This document shows positions 9,797-19,093 of a DNA stretch of 64,000 bases, piece after piece; within the stretch, counting starts at the first letter, position 1, and each line of letters starts with the position of its first letter. The DNA comes from a candidate division Hyd24-12 bacterium UBA5074 (GTDB lineage Bacteria > Fermentibacterota > Fermentibacteria > Fermentibacterales > Fermentibacteraceae), in NCBI GenBank assembly GCA_002414865.1, contig DIAQ01000033.1, positions 26,958 through 90,957 on the forward strand, given 5' to 3'. Made by a program: the position numbers and the translations under genes. A model generated the notes under the pieces. The model was not told where the DNA came from, did no database searches, and saw nothing but the letters and a program-made list of their open reading frames with translations.

Positions 9797-10323
9797 TGGC
9801 CGTCGTGCGGGCGGCCATAAGGCTCAAGTCGTCGGACCCCGTGGCCGGAACAGCTCTGCGGGCCCTCTCCAGGGCCATGCCGGACTCCTGTCCCGAGGCG
9901 CTCTCCCGCTACGACCTGTGGGAGTTCGACCTCCCGGGCGGCCGCGAGGAGGTCCTGGCCATCCTCGCGAGGTTCCCCGACATATTGAATCCCAACAAAC
10001 AGGAGTGCTTCTTCCCGGAGGAGGGACTCCTGCCGGGTGAGAGCCCCTCGCTGACATGGGTCTCCGTGGAGGTCTCCGAGAGATCAGGCTCCACAGGCTC
10101 CACCTGGAGCCAGGTGATAGGCCGTGCAGGCTTCGAGCTGCGGGGATTGAGGCTCCTGACGCTCTGGAGGCTGGGGTACCCCTCGGCCGTGGGTTCCGCC
10201 CGGGCCCTCGAGGCTGCGGGGGAGACCGCAGTCTCCGTCTCGAGGAACCGCGGGCTGCTTTCCAACCCTGTTTCACAGTCCGCGGAAGTATCGGCCGCAC
10301 TTTCAGGAGCCCGAAGCCTTTGA
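9796..10323 (+). CDS. purS: PurS, tandem-duplicated (two PurS-like repeats in one polypeptide)
   Basis: ATG overlaps the purQ stop. Two consecutive PurS-like segments of about 80 aa each; the second carries the ...LLSNPV signature. Confidence 0.7.
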   Translation: MAVVRAAIRLKSSDPVAGTALRALSRAMPDSCPEALSRYDLWEFDLPGGREEVLAILARFPDILNPNKQECFFPEEGLLPGESPSLTWVSVEVSERSGSTGSTWSQVIGRAGFELRGLRLLTLWRLGYPSAVGSARALEAAGETAVSVSRNRGLLSNPVSQSAEVSAALSGARSL

Positions 10324-12728
10324 CGTCCCCCGTCTCCTGGGAGGACCTCCTCGGAGGGCTCTCCCATCCCCAGCAGTATGTCGGATGCGAGTGGAACACC
10401 GTGGCTGCCAGGTCCGGCCTGGCCGACGTCGCTCTGGTTTATCCGGACATCTACGAGCTCGGGGCGTCCAACTTCGGCCTGTCGGTCGTGCGCCACGCGC
10501 TCCTGCGCTCGGGGGCCTTCAACGTGCGCAGGGCGTTCTGCCCCGCGCCCGATCTGGCCGGCCTCATAGAGTCGGGGAGGAGCCCCTGGCGCTGCGTCGA
10601 GGACGGCTTCCCCGTGGCATCGTGCCGTGTCATCGGATTCGGGGTCCCTTCCGAGGCGCTCTTCTCCAACGTCCTGTTCCTCCTCCGGCTCGCGGGGCTC
10701 CAGACCAGGTCGACCGGCAGGAGGGATTCCGACCCCCTGATCCTGGCAGGCGGAGGGGGCATCTCGAATCCTCTCCCCCTTTCGCCCTTCGTCGACGTCT
10801 TCTTCCTGGGGGAGGCCGAGGAGCAGGCGGCGGCTCTCTTCGAGTCTCTCTCCGGACAGGGCTCCAGGCAGGATAGACTGGAGTCCGCGGCAGGGATACC
10901 GGGCGTCTGGGTCCCCGCCCTCGGGGTGAAGCCCGTCGAGCTCCAGAGGGTGCGCCGGCTGACCATGGAGGATGCTCCGGTAAGGCAGCTCGTCCCGCTC
11001 GCTCAGATATCCCACGACAGGGCCGTCGTGGAGATAGCCCGCGGCTGCACCCGGGGGTGCAGGTTCTGCCAGGCCACGCAGCTGACGCGGCCGGTCAGGG
11101 AGAGGCCGGTAGGGGACGTCCTCGAGCTGGCCGCGTCCTGTCTCAGGCAGACGGGCTGGGAGGAGGCGGGATTCCTGTCGCTCTCCTTCTCGGACTATGG
11201 AGACCTGGACACGCTGCTGGCGGGGGCCTCGAATCTCGAGAGGGAGCTGGGAATAGCGGTTTCCAAGCCTTCGCTGAGGCCGGACAGCTTCGCCAGGCTC
11301 GCAGCGGGGGGCAGGATGCGGGGCAGGGTCACCCTCGCCCCGGAGGCTGGATCGGAAAGGCTCAGATACAGCCTGAATAAGATCCTCCCGGACGATGACA
11401 TCCTCTCGGCTGCCGACACGGCCTTCCGTCTCGGCGCGACCGGGATCAAGCTCTATTTCATGATCGGGCTGCCCGGCGAGTCCTGTGAAGATCTCGACGC
11501 CATGGTCGAGCTCCTCGGGAGGCTGCGGAGCGTCGCCGCGTCCAGGGGCCGCAGGGGGCGGGACGTGATCGGAGCAGCCCTCTCGCCGTTCGTCCCCAAG
11601 CCGCACACTCCTCTTCAGTGGGCTCCGCAGCTCGCCCCCGACGAGGTCCGCGGCAGGATCGAGCGCATCTGCTCGGCCATAAGGTGGGGGAAGCCGGGAT
11701 GGAACGACCCGAGACTCGCCCTCCTCGAGGCGGTTCTCGGCCTGGGTGATGGGCACGGGACGGCAGACATGCTCGAAGAGGCCGTCCTCACCGGGGCGAG
11801 GTTCGATGCCTGGAGCGATCGCTTCCGGTGGGACATCTGGGAGCCGGTCCTCCGGAGTGGAGGAGCCTTCTCGCCGGATGGCCCCCAGGCCGGCCGGGAC
11901 CCCTCTGCCGATCTCCCCTGGAGCTTCGTCAGGGCGGGGTCATCAGTCGAGTTCCTCCGCGCCGAGTACGGGCGGTTCCTGGCGGGCGTGCCCACCCCTG
12001 ACTGCAGGGAGGCCGGATGCTCGGGCTGCGGTGCATGCCGGGACGCCGGGACAGTCGGAGAGGTGGCGACAGGAGGCCTGGAGTCCGGGAACCCCGCCGT
12101 GCCCGCCCTCGCAAAGGCGCAGCACCAGCCGGTGGCCGTCCTCAGGATTCGATGGGGGAGGCACGGGCTGGCGAGATTCTCGTCCCACCTCGACATGGTG
12201 AGGCTCTGGACCAGAACGATCAGGAGGTCGGGGCTCCCCGCCGCCGGCAGGGGCGACTTCGTCAGGCGCCTGAGGGTCCGCTTCGGACCGGCGTTGCCGC
12301 TGGGGTTTGAGAGCGGGGCCGAAGTTCTGGATATTCTGCTGGAGGCGGTGCCTGCCCCGGGCGCCCTTGCGGCGCTCGCCGCGGCCCTGCCGCAGGGCTT
12401 CGAGATCTGCGAGGGACGCCTGCTGCCCCCTGGTGCGGGGGCGCCCGACGCGGAGGCGGAAGTGGCCGAGTACGAGTTCACCGGGGCCGAGGATGGCCCC
12501 TTGCGGGAAGTCCTCTCCCGGGCGCCGGGAATTGTGTTGTCCGGCGCAGGAGCGGACGGGAAGACCCGCGCGATGATCGGGCTGGGAGGCGGTTCGCCGA
12601 GGGTGGACAGGCTCCTCTCCGAAGCGGGCGTCCGGGTTGGCCTCATAAAGAGGACCGGGCTCTTCGCGCTGCGTGGAGGGGAACCGACCCCGCTGCTGTC
12701 TCTCCATGAGGGGGATGATCTCACTTGA
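10320..12728 (+). CDS. TIGR03960-like B12-binding-domain radical SAM protein fused to DUF2344 (TIGR03936-like) domain
   Basis: TTG start overlaps the purS stop (TTGA). The N-terminal motif is LLGGLSHPQQYVGCEWN. The radical-SAM CxxxCxxC is IARGCTRGCRFC. The C-terminal region (RIRWGRHGLARFSSHLDMVRLW) is DUF2344-like. No ATG lies near the annotated start. Confidence 0.75.
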   Translation: MTSPVSWEDLLGGLSHPQQYVGCEWNTVAARSGLADVALVYPDIYELGASNFGLSVVRHALLRSGAFNVRRAFCPAPDLAGLIESGRSPWRCVEDGFPVASCRVIGFGVPSEALFSNVLFLLRLAGLQTRSTGRRDSDPLILAGGGGISNPLPLSPFVDVFFLGEAEEQAAALFESLSGQGSRQDRLESAAGIPGVWVPALGVKPVELQRVRRLTMEDAPVRQLVPLAQISHDRAVVEIARGCTRGCRFCQATQLTRPVRERPVGDVLELAASCLRQTGWEEAGFLSLSFSDYGDLDTLLAGASNLERELGIAVSKPSLRPDSFARLAAGGRMRGRVTLAPEAGSERLRYSLNKILPDDDILSAADTAFRLGATGIKLYFMIGLPGESCEDLDAMVELLGRLRSVAASRGRRGRDVIGAALSPFVPKPHTPLQWAPQLAPDEVRGRIERICSAIRWGKPGWNDPRLALLEAVLGLGDGHGTADMLEEAVLTGARFDAWSDRFRWDIWEPVLRSGGAFSPDGPQAGRDPSADLPWSFVRAGSSVEFLRAEYGRFLAGVPTPDCREAGCSGCGACRDAGTVGEVATGGLESGNPAVPALAKAQHQPVAVLRIRWGRHGLARFSSHLDMVRLWTRTIRRSGLPAAGRGDFVRRLRVRFGPALPLGFESGAEVLDILLEAVPAPGALAALAAALPQGFEICEGRLLPPGAGAPDAEAEVAEYEFTGAEDGPLREVLSRAPGIVLSGAGADGKTRAMIGLGGGSPRVDRLLSEAGVRVGLIKRTGLFALRGGEPTPLLSLHEGDDLT

Positions 12729-14257
12729 AATCGGATTTCATTGTCAACTCGCATCCTGATGTGACGCGGATAGCGATCCTCGAGGACGGCCGGCTCATGG
12801 AGCTGATCGTCGAGAAGACCGAGGAGAAGCGCATCGTCGGCAACATCTATCTGGGGCGCGTGAACGCCGTGCTGCCTGGGATGCAGGCCGCATTCGTGGA
12901 CATTGGCCTCGAGCGGAGCGCCTTCCTGCACTCCTCCGACGTGAGGAGCGGGGTGATCGATGCGAAGGCCTTCGCCCAGTCCCTCGTGGAGGAGAAGCCC
13001 CTTCCCGCAGAGGAGTCCAACCAGCCCATCGAGGACCTCCTGCGCCGGGGGCAGGACATACTCGTCCAGGTGACGAAGGAGCCGATCGGCACCAAGGGGG
13101 CGCGCGTCAGCTCCAGGATCTCGATCGCCGGGAGATACGTGGTCAGCATGCCGGGCGACCCGGTCGCGGGCGTGTCCCGGAAGATAGGCGACAGGAAGGA
13201 GCGGACCCGCCTCCGCGAGATCGTCCAGAGGATGCGCGGCGAAGGCTTCGGCATCATCGCGAGGACTGCGGGGACCGATCAGAGCGAGGATGCCTTCAAG
13301 TCGGACGTGGAGAGGATCATCGACCGCTGGAAGGAGATAGGGGAGCTCACGCTCCGCTCCAGGGCGCCGGCCCTGCTACACCAGGAGTACGACATCATCA
13401 CGATGACGATGCGCGACCTGGTCTCCGCCGAGATGAGCTCCTTCGTGACCGATTCGAAGGACGTCTTCTCGATAGCGCGGACCTACATGAAGCGGATCAC
13501 GCCCGACATGTCGGCGCGCGTGAGGCTCTACAGGGGCAAGACCCCGATCTTCGACCAGTACGGGGTGGAGCAGGAGATAGTGCAGATACTCAACAGGGAG
13601 GTGCCTCTCAAGAGCGGCGGCTCCCTCGTGATCGACCAGACAGAGGCGCTCGTGGCCATCGATGTGAACACCCGTCGATACGTCGGCAAGAGGAGCCAGG
13701 AGAACACTATCCTGAAGACGAACCTCGAGGCCGCCAAGGAGGTCGCGCGGCAGCTCCGGCTGAGGGACATCGGTGGGATCATCGTCATAGACTTCATCGA
13801 CATGGACATCGAGGACCACAGGGAGAAGGTCGTGAACTCCCTCCGCAGCGAGCTGGGGCGTGACAGGTCTCCCACGAAGACATGCCAGGTCAGCTCGCTC
13901 GGCCTGGTCGAGATGACCCGCAAGAGGGTGAGACCCAGCCTCGTGCAGGCTCTCTCGGAGCCCTGCCCGCACTGCGGCGGAACCGGCAGGGTGCTCTCGG
14001 CGCTCTCGGCCGCCACGCGGCTCGAGCGCCTCCTCGAGAGGGCGTCTCTCCAGAAGAACCACAGGAACATCGTCGTCTCGATCCATCCCGACCTGTCCGA
14101 GTATCTCATGAGGGATGACGGCAGGCGGATGGATCACATCCTGGAAAAGGCGAAGCTCGCGGTGGAGTTTCATGAGGACAGGAGGATGAAGGTCGACCAG
14201 TTCAGGGTGTTCTCCCTGGACACGCACGAGGAGATCACCTCGCTGTACGACTCATGA
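12725..14257 (+). CDS. rng: Rne/Rng family ribonuclease (RNase G-like)
   Basis: S1 domain (NIYLGRVNAVLPGMQAAFVDIG) plus an RNase E/G catalytic core. Start overlaps the upstream stop. Confidence 0.9.
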   Translation: MKSDFIVNSHPDVTRIAILEDGRLMELIVEKTEEKRIVGNIYLGRVNAVLPGMQAAFVDIGLERSAFLHSSDVRSGVIDAKAFAQSLVEEKPLPAEESNQPIEDLLRRGQDILVQVTKEPIGTKGARVSSRISIAGRYVVSMPGDPVAGVSRKIGDRKERTRLREIVQRMRGEGFGIIARTAGTDQSEDAFKSDVERIIDRWKEIGELTLRSRAPALLHQEYDIITMTMRDLVSAEMSSFVTDSKDVFSIARTYMKRITPDMSARVRLYRGKTPIFDQYGVEQEIVQILNREVPLKSGGSLVIDQTEALVAIDVNTRRYVGKRSQENTILKTNLEAAKEVARQLRLRDIGGIIVIDFIDMDIEDHREKVVNSLRSELGRDRSPTKTCQVSSLGLVEMTRKRVRPSLVQALSEPCPHCGGTGRVLSALSAATRLERLLERASLQKNHRNIVVSIHPDLSEYLMRDDGRRMDHILEKAKLAVEFHEDRRMKVDQFRVFSLDTHEEITSLYDS

Positions 14258-14262
14258 CGCGG

Positions 14263-14292
14263 TTGACCGGAGCGCAGCCTCCTGCGTATAAA
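14263..14292 (+). promoter_or_regulatory. Sigma70-like promoter upstream of rplU (TTGACC-18 nt-TATAAA)
   Basis: TTGACC at 14263-14268 and TATAAA at 14287-14292. GGAGGTG is a ribosome-binding site at 14319-14325. Confidence 0.5.
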
Positions 14293-14329
14293 CGCAATCG
14301 TTTTGCCGGAGATAACCTGGAGGTGTCCT

Positions 14330-14644
14330 TTGTACGCCATAATCGAAACAGGGGGGCTGCAGTTCCGTGTCCAGCCCGGTCTGAAGCTCATCGTGCCCCG
14401 CCTGCCGCAGGAGGAAGGCGCCAGCGTCAGGATCGAGAAGGTTCTCCTCCTCGGCGGGGAGGGTGACGCGAAGATCGGTGCCCCCACGGTCGCGGGCTCC
14501 AGCGTCGATGCGCTGATAGTCAGGCATCTGCGCGGACCCAAGCTCGACGTGTACCACCGCAAGCGCCGCAAGGGCTACGAGAAGAAGACGGGCCATCGCC
14601 AGGAGCTCACCGAGATCCAGATAACCGGCATCGCCGGAAGCTGA
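14330..14644 (+). CDS. rplU: 50S ribosomal protein L21
   Basis: TTG start 5 nt after GGAGGTG. The translation MYAIIETGGLQFRV is the canonical L21 N-terminus. Confidence 0.9.
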   Translation: MYAIIETGGLQFRVQPGLKLIVPRLPQEEGASVRIEKVLLLGGEGDAKIGAPTVAGSSVDALIVRHLRGPKLDVYHRKRRKGYEKKTGHRQELTEIQITGIAGS

Positions 14645-14646
14645 GC

Positions 14647-15486
14647 TTGGCCCTGCTCCTCGAAGGCAGGGGGCTGGCCGCCTCGATCAGGGCCCGCGTG
14701 GCTTCGGAAGCCGCAGCCCTGGGCGGCCGCCCGCCCGGCCTCGCCGTCATACTCGTGGGCGACGACCCGGCCAGCGAATCCTATGTGGCGGGCAAGCGGA
14801 AGGCCTGCGAGAAGGCCGGCTTCGTCTCATCGGTCTCAAGGTTCTTCGATTCTGTCGGCCCGGAGGTCCTGCTGGCGGAGATCGCAAGGTTGAACGCCGA
14901 CCCTTCGATAGACGGCATACTCTGCCAGCTCCCTCTGCCGGGCCACATCCCGCTCGATGCGGTTGCACGGGCGGTGCTCCCTTCCAAGGACGTCGACGGC
15001 TTCCACCCCCAGAACGTGGGAAGCCTCTGGCGCGGAGAGAGGGGCATCGTGCCCTGCACTCCGGCCGGCATAATGAGGCTCCTCGACGCCAACGGGATCG
15101 ATCCTTCGGGCAGGCGCGCCGTGGTGGTCGGCCGCAGCGGGATCGTCGGCAAGCCCGTCGCCGCTCTGCTCCTCGCCGCGAATGCCACCGTCACCATCGC
15201 CCATTCGAAGACGCGCGACCTCGCCTCCGTCTGCCGCGAGGCCTACATCCTGGTCACGGCCGCGGGGATCCCGGGGCTCATAGGTGCCGATTTCGTGGCT
15301 CCCGGAGCCGTCGTGATCGATGTCGGGATCACCCGGACGGCCGGAGGGCTCGCCGGGGATGTCGATTTCGAATCCGTGGAGCCGCTCTGCTCCGCGATAA
15401 CACCCGTGCCCGGAGGGGTGGGTCCGCTCACCATCGCTCTCCTGCTCGAGAACACGCTTGCCTGCAGGAAGCTGGCAGCGGGCTGA
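14647..15486 (+). CDS. folD: Bifunctional methylenetetrahydrofolate dehydrogenase/cyclohydrolase
   Basis: ESYVAGKRKACEKAGF, DGILCQLPLP and DVDGFHP motifs. TTG start immediately after the rplU stop. Confidence 0.9.
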   Translation: MALLLEGRGLAASIRARVASEAAALGGRPPGLAVILVGDDPASESYVAGKRKACEKAGFVSSVSRFFDSVGPEVLLAEIARLNADPSIDGILCQLPLPGHIPLDAVARAVLPSKDVDGFHPQNVGSLWRGERGIVPCTPAGIMRLLDANGIDPSGRRAVVVGRSGIVGKPVAALLLAANATVTIAHSKTRDLASVCREAYILVTAAGIPGLIGADFVAPGAVVIDVGITRTAGGLAGDVDFESVEPLCSAITPVPGGVGPLTIALLLENTLACRKLAAG

Positions 15487-15626
15487 ACAGGCCCCGGGCT
15501 TTCTCCGGAACGCGCTCCCTGCGATAATAGACCGGATGACGAGGGGTCCGCGGGGCTTCAGATGCTCCGCACGTCCCGCGCGCAGATCCGGTCCGGCGGC
15601 CGCCCGCCGTTTTCGGGAGGAGTTCC

Positions 15627-15980
15627 GTGAGCTCGACCGACATCATCCTTCTCGCAGGAGTCGCCGGTGTCTGGATCGGTCTTCTCGTCGCCGCAATCGC
15701 GGTGTTGAGGGCGCTGCGTGCCGTCTACAGGCTCGAGTTCGAGATGGAGCGTCTCCGGAGGGAAATGGACGGCCTCGTGCCCAGGGTGGGTGGAGCTCTC
15801 GACGAGCTGGCCCGGATGGGTTCCGAGATATCGAAGACGGCTTCGTCGGCCCGGACCCTGATGGAGTCTGCCGACAAGCGATTCTTCAAGAGCGCGGCGG
15901 CCGGGGTCGCGGGGTATCTTCCCCTCGCCGCAGGCATCGCCCGCATCGTCCTGCCGATCGTCTTCAGGAGGCACAGATGA
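15627..15980 (+). CDS. Small membrane-anchored protein (N-terminal TM + coiled coil, DUF948-like)
   Basis: GTG start after GGGAGGAG. A hydrophobic N-terminus is followed by a charged helical region. Confidence 0.45.
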   Translation: MSSTDIILLAGVAGVWIGLLVAAIAVLRALRAVYRLEFEMERLRREMDGLVPRVGGALDELARMGSEISKTASSARTLMESADKRFFKSAAAGVAGYLPLAAGIARIVLPIVFRRHR

Positions 15981-16921
15981 GGCTCGCGATTTCGTGTGCG
16001 CTGCTCGCAGGCCTTCTGGCGGCGGGCTGCAGGAGCGGCGCGGAGGGCCCCCTGAAGGGCGTCCTCCTCGTCTATCCGCAGGGTATGGAGGAGCAGGCCG
16101 ATTCGCTCTCCTCCGCCCTGCAGATCGTGGTGGCCACCGTGGATCCCGAGCCCGTGTTCGCCTTCTCATACGCGTCGGAGGACGAGCTGGACGCCTCGCT
16201 CGAGAGGCGCAGGACGATCCTGTTCCTCTGCCCCTCCGTCGAGGACGTGCCGGACGGCCTGGAGAGGGTGGGTTCCCACTGGGCGGGCAGCGACCGCTGG
16301 GCGCTCGACCAGGCGGTCTTCGCAGCCGTGCCGGGAGTGACCGACGCATCGGAGCTCTCGACCGCCATGCAGCTCGCATACGACGCCCATCTGAGGAGCT
16401 ATCTCTACCGGTCCTTCGTCAGCACAGGCATGTCGAGCCCCGAGAGGATCGACAGCCTCAGGGCGGTGGGCTTCTCCATGGACGTCCCCAGATCGTACCG
16501 GACGGCGGAGTGGAGGCCGGAGGACGGCTTCATCCAGTTCCAGCGCACCGTCTCCGACGAAGGCGCGATCATGATCAGCATACGCTGGACCGAAGGCGAC
16601 ACCCTGCTCTCGGCCGGCGAAGCCGTGCTGAGGCGGGAGGCCGTCGCGAGGCGCTTCTTCTACGACGCCGGCGCCGACTCGGTGGACAGGTCGAGGCTGG
16701 ACCTCAGGGCGATGAGCCTGGGGGGCCTCGGCGGATGGAGGCTGCTGGGGGCCTGGCGCAATCCGGAGCATCTTAACGCAGGTGCGTTCACGAGCTATGT
16801 TCTCCAGTCGGATAGCGGTGTCTGGGTCCTCGATACCGAGGTCTTCAACCCCGGTGAGGAGAAGGAGCCGTTCATACGCGAGGGGTGGATCATCATGAAC
16901 ACCTTCTCGCTGGAGGGCTAG
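15977..16921 (+). CDS. Hypothetical lipoprotein
   Basis: ATG overlaps the upstream stop (ATGA). The lipobox is LLAAGC in MRLAISCALLAGLLAAGCRS. Confidence 0.55.
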   Translation: MRLAISCALLAGLLAAGCRSGAEGPLKGVLLVYPQGMEEQADSLSSALQIVVATVDPEPVFAFSYASEDELDASLERRRTILFLCPSVEDVPDGLERVGSHWAGSDRWALDQAVFAAVPGVTDASELSTAMQLAYDAHLRSYLYRSFVSTGMSSPERIDSLRAVGFSMDVPRSYRTAEWRPEDGFIQFQRTVSDEGAIMISIRWTEGDTLLSAGEAVLRREAVARRFFYDAGADSVDRSRLDLRAMSLGGLGGWRLLGAWRNPEHLNAGAFTSYVLQSDSGVWVLDTEVFNPGEEKEPFIREGWIIMNTFSLEG

Positions 16922-16922
16922 A

Positions 16923-18053
16923 ATGCCTGACGCCCTGGAAAACGAGATAAGGGGCCTGTACGACGACTGGATCTCCAGTCCGTCAGCGTCCGTGTGCGCC
17001 AGGCTGGCCGACCGGCTGAGGATCGCGGGAAGGCCGGACGAGGCTCTGGAAGTGGCTTCGAGGGGTCTGCAGGACTGGCCGGCCAACAATGCCATCCTGC
17101 TGGCAGCGGCGAGGTGCCACCGGGATACCGGGAACATCGTCTCCGCCTCGGAGGCCTTCGACAAGGTCCTCGGAACGGATCCCTTCAACCTTGTAGCCCT
17201 CCGCGCGTCCGCCGAGATCGCCATGACCCGGGGCAGGCACGAGGATGCCATCCGCATCCTGGGCGACTACCTCTTCGAGAACCCCGCCGACACTGATGCC
17301 GAGAAGCTCCTGGACGAAGCGAAGGAGGCCGTGAGGAAAGGCGGCGGGCCGGATGCCCGGGCCACGGTCCAGACGCCTGCTGAAGCCTCTGCCGCGGAAG
17401 CTGCAGCCGCCCCGGAACAGCCTCCTTCCGAGCCCGTCGCTCCGCCGGCGCCGGTAGAGCCGCCCTCCGGAATCCCCCGGGATGTCCCCCCGGGTGTTCC
17501 GGAAGCCCTTCCCGGACCCGAGCCCGGGGAGGAGCCCGGCCCGGAGCAGCAGGCCGTTCAGCTGCCGGAGGCCTCCGCCGGTCAGGCGTCCGGACAGGAG
17601 CAGGAGGACAAGGAGGATCCGGGATACCCGCGGACGGCCAGGATGGAGAGGATATTCCAGGAGCAGGGCAAGGACCCCGGCGCGTTCCCGATGCCGCCGA
17701 CCCCCGGTGATGCGCCCGCCTCTGCCGCCGTCGAAGAGACGACGCCCCCGCCGGCGGCCGGGGATGCCGGGATGGATGCGGCGGCCGCCCCGGAAGAACC
17801 AGCCCCTTCAGTCGCGGCGACCCCTCAGGCGTTCCTGACGCCGGATCCCTCGTCTGTCGTCAGCGATTCCCCTTCCGTGGAAGAGCCCGAAACCCCCGCC
17901 GCTGCCGGGCCGGAACGGCTCCAGCCCGCTCCCGTCGACGCCCCGGCGGCGAAGAGCGCTCCGAGGAGGGATCCCAGGAGCCTCCTCGACCTCTTCTCGC
18001 TCGAAGAGCGCGACGAACTCGGACTCGAGCCGTACAGGTCGGAGGAGGCATGA
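16923..18053 (+). CDS. TPR-repeat protein with long Pro/Ala/Glu-rich low-complexity C-terminal region
   Basis: N-terminal TPR-like helices. The C-terminal 200 aa are PxxP/PEP-rich. Confidence 0.55.
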   Translation: MPDALENEIRGLYDDWISSPSASVCARLADRLRIAGRPDEALEVASRGLQDWPANNAILLAAARCHRDTGNIVSASEAFDKVLGTDPFNLVALRASAEIAMTRGRHEDAIRILGDYLFENPADTDAEKLLDEAKEAVRKGGGPDARATVQTPAEASAAEAAAAPEQPPSEPVAPPAPVEPPSGIPRDVPPGVPEALPGPEPGEEPGPEQQAVQLPEASAGQASGQEQEDKEDPGYPRTARMERIFQEQGKDPGAFPMPPTPGDAPASAAVEETTPPPAAGDAGMDAAAAPEEPAPSVAATPQAFLTPDPSSVVSDSPSVEEPETPAAAGPERLQPAPVDAPAAKSAPRRDPRSLLDLFSLEERDELGLEPYRSEEA

Positions 18054-18538
18054 CCCGTCTGCGCGTGGCGGTCATCAACGGGCCGAACCTCTCCCATCTG
18101 GGGAGCCGCCAGCCTGAGATCTACGGATCAGGAACCGCCTCCGATCTCGGAGCCCTCCTCGAGGACGCATCCCGGGAGCTCGGCATGGAGATCGATCTCG
18201 TCCAGCACGACGGCGAGGGAGAATTCGTATCCGCCGTCTGGCAGGCGTCGCGCGACTGCTGCGCCCTCATCGTCAATCCGGGGGGGTACTCACACACTTC
18301 CGTCGCTGTGCTGGACGCCCTGGAGGCCTTCCCGGGGATCGTCGCCGAAGTGCATATAAGCCAGGTTTTCCGCCGGGAGGAGGAGAGGAGGAACCTCCTC
18401 ACCGCCCGGGCGGCTGATCTCGTGATAGTGGGCGCGGGCCTGCAGGGCTACCGGCTCGCAGCGGAATACATCGCCCGCTCGGTTGCCGAGAAGGCTTCGA
18501 GAGGCATCTCCGGAGGATCTGATGATAACCACCAATGA
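18050..18538 (+). CDS. aroQ: 3-dehydroquinate dehydratase type II
   Basis: RVAVINGPNLSHLGSRQPEIYG is a type II DHQase signature. Confidence 0.9.
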   Translation: MTRLRVAVINGPNLSHLGSRQPEIYGSGTASDLGALLEDASRELGMEIDLVQHDGEGEFVSAVWQASRDCCALIVNPGGYSHTSVAVLDALEAFPGIVAEVHISQVFRREEERRNLLTARAADLVIVGAGLQGYRLAAEYIARSVAEKASRGISGGSDDNHQ

Positions 18539-19085
18539 CCTGAGGCGGGGAACGGTCATCGAAGCCGAGGGAGTGCTCTACCAGGTCGTGGAGTTCCAGC
18601 ATGTCAAGCCGGGCAAGGGTCCCGCGTTCGTGAGGACGAAGCTGCGCGAGATCCACACCGGCAAGGTGCTCGACAGGACCTGGAGGGCCGGGGAGAAGGT
18701 CAAGGACGTCCGCCTCGAGCGCAGGGTCTTCGACCTGCTGTACCGCACCGAGGACGGATTCGTCCTGATGGATCCGGACAGCTTCGAGCAGGTGGTGCTC
18801 GACTCGTCGGTGGTGGGCGATGCCGAGAAGTACCTTGTCGACAACACCAGGCTCGATGTCCTGTTCAACGGGTCCGAGCCGATAATCGTCGAGCCCCCGA
18901 CATTCGTGGAGCTGGCCATCGTCACCACCGATCCCGGGATGAAGGGTGACACAGCGAGCGGGGGCTCCAAGCCGGCAACGCTGGAGACGGGCCTCGTGAT
19001 CCAGGTACCGCTGTTCGTGCGCGAGGGGGACAAGGTCCGCATCGACTCGCGGACCGACACCTACATCGAACGCGTGAAGAGCTGA
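18522..19085 (+). CDS. efp: Elongation factor P
   Basis: MITTNDLRRG...VKPGKGPAFVRTKLR. The KPGKG loop carries the conserved Lys. Start overlaps the aroQ 3' end. Confidence 0.9.
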   Translation: MITTNDLRRGTVIEAEGVLYQVVEFQHVKPGKGPAFVRTKLREIHTGKVLDRTWRAGEKVKDVRLERRVFDLLYRTEDGFVLMDPDSFEQVVLDSSVVGDAEKYLVDNTRLDVLFNGSEPIIVEPPTFVELAIVTTDPGMKGDTASGGSKPATLETGLVIQVPLFVREGDKVRIDSRTDTYIERVKS

Positions 19086-19093
19086 CATCCGGG

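Noticed and set aside
10056-10319. Annotated 890-aa ORF start at 10056 for the radical SAM gene
   Set aside because: It overlaps purS by 260 nt. There is no ATG. The family's N-terminal motif begins just after the TTG at 10320.
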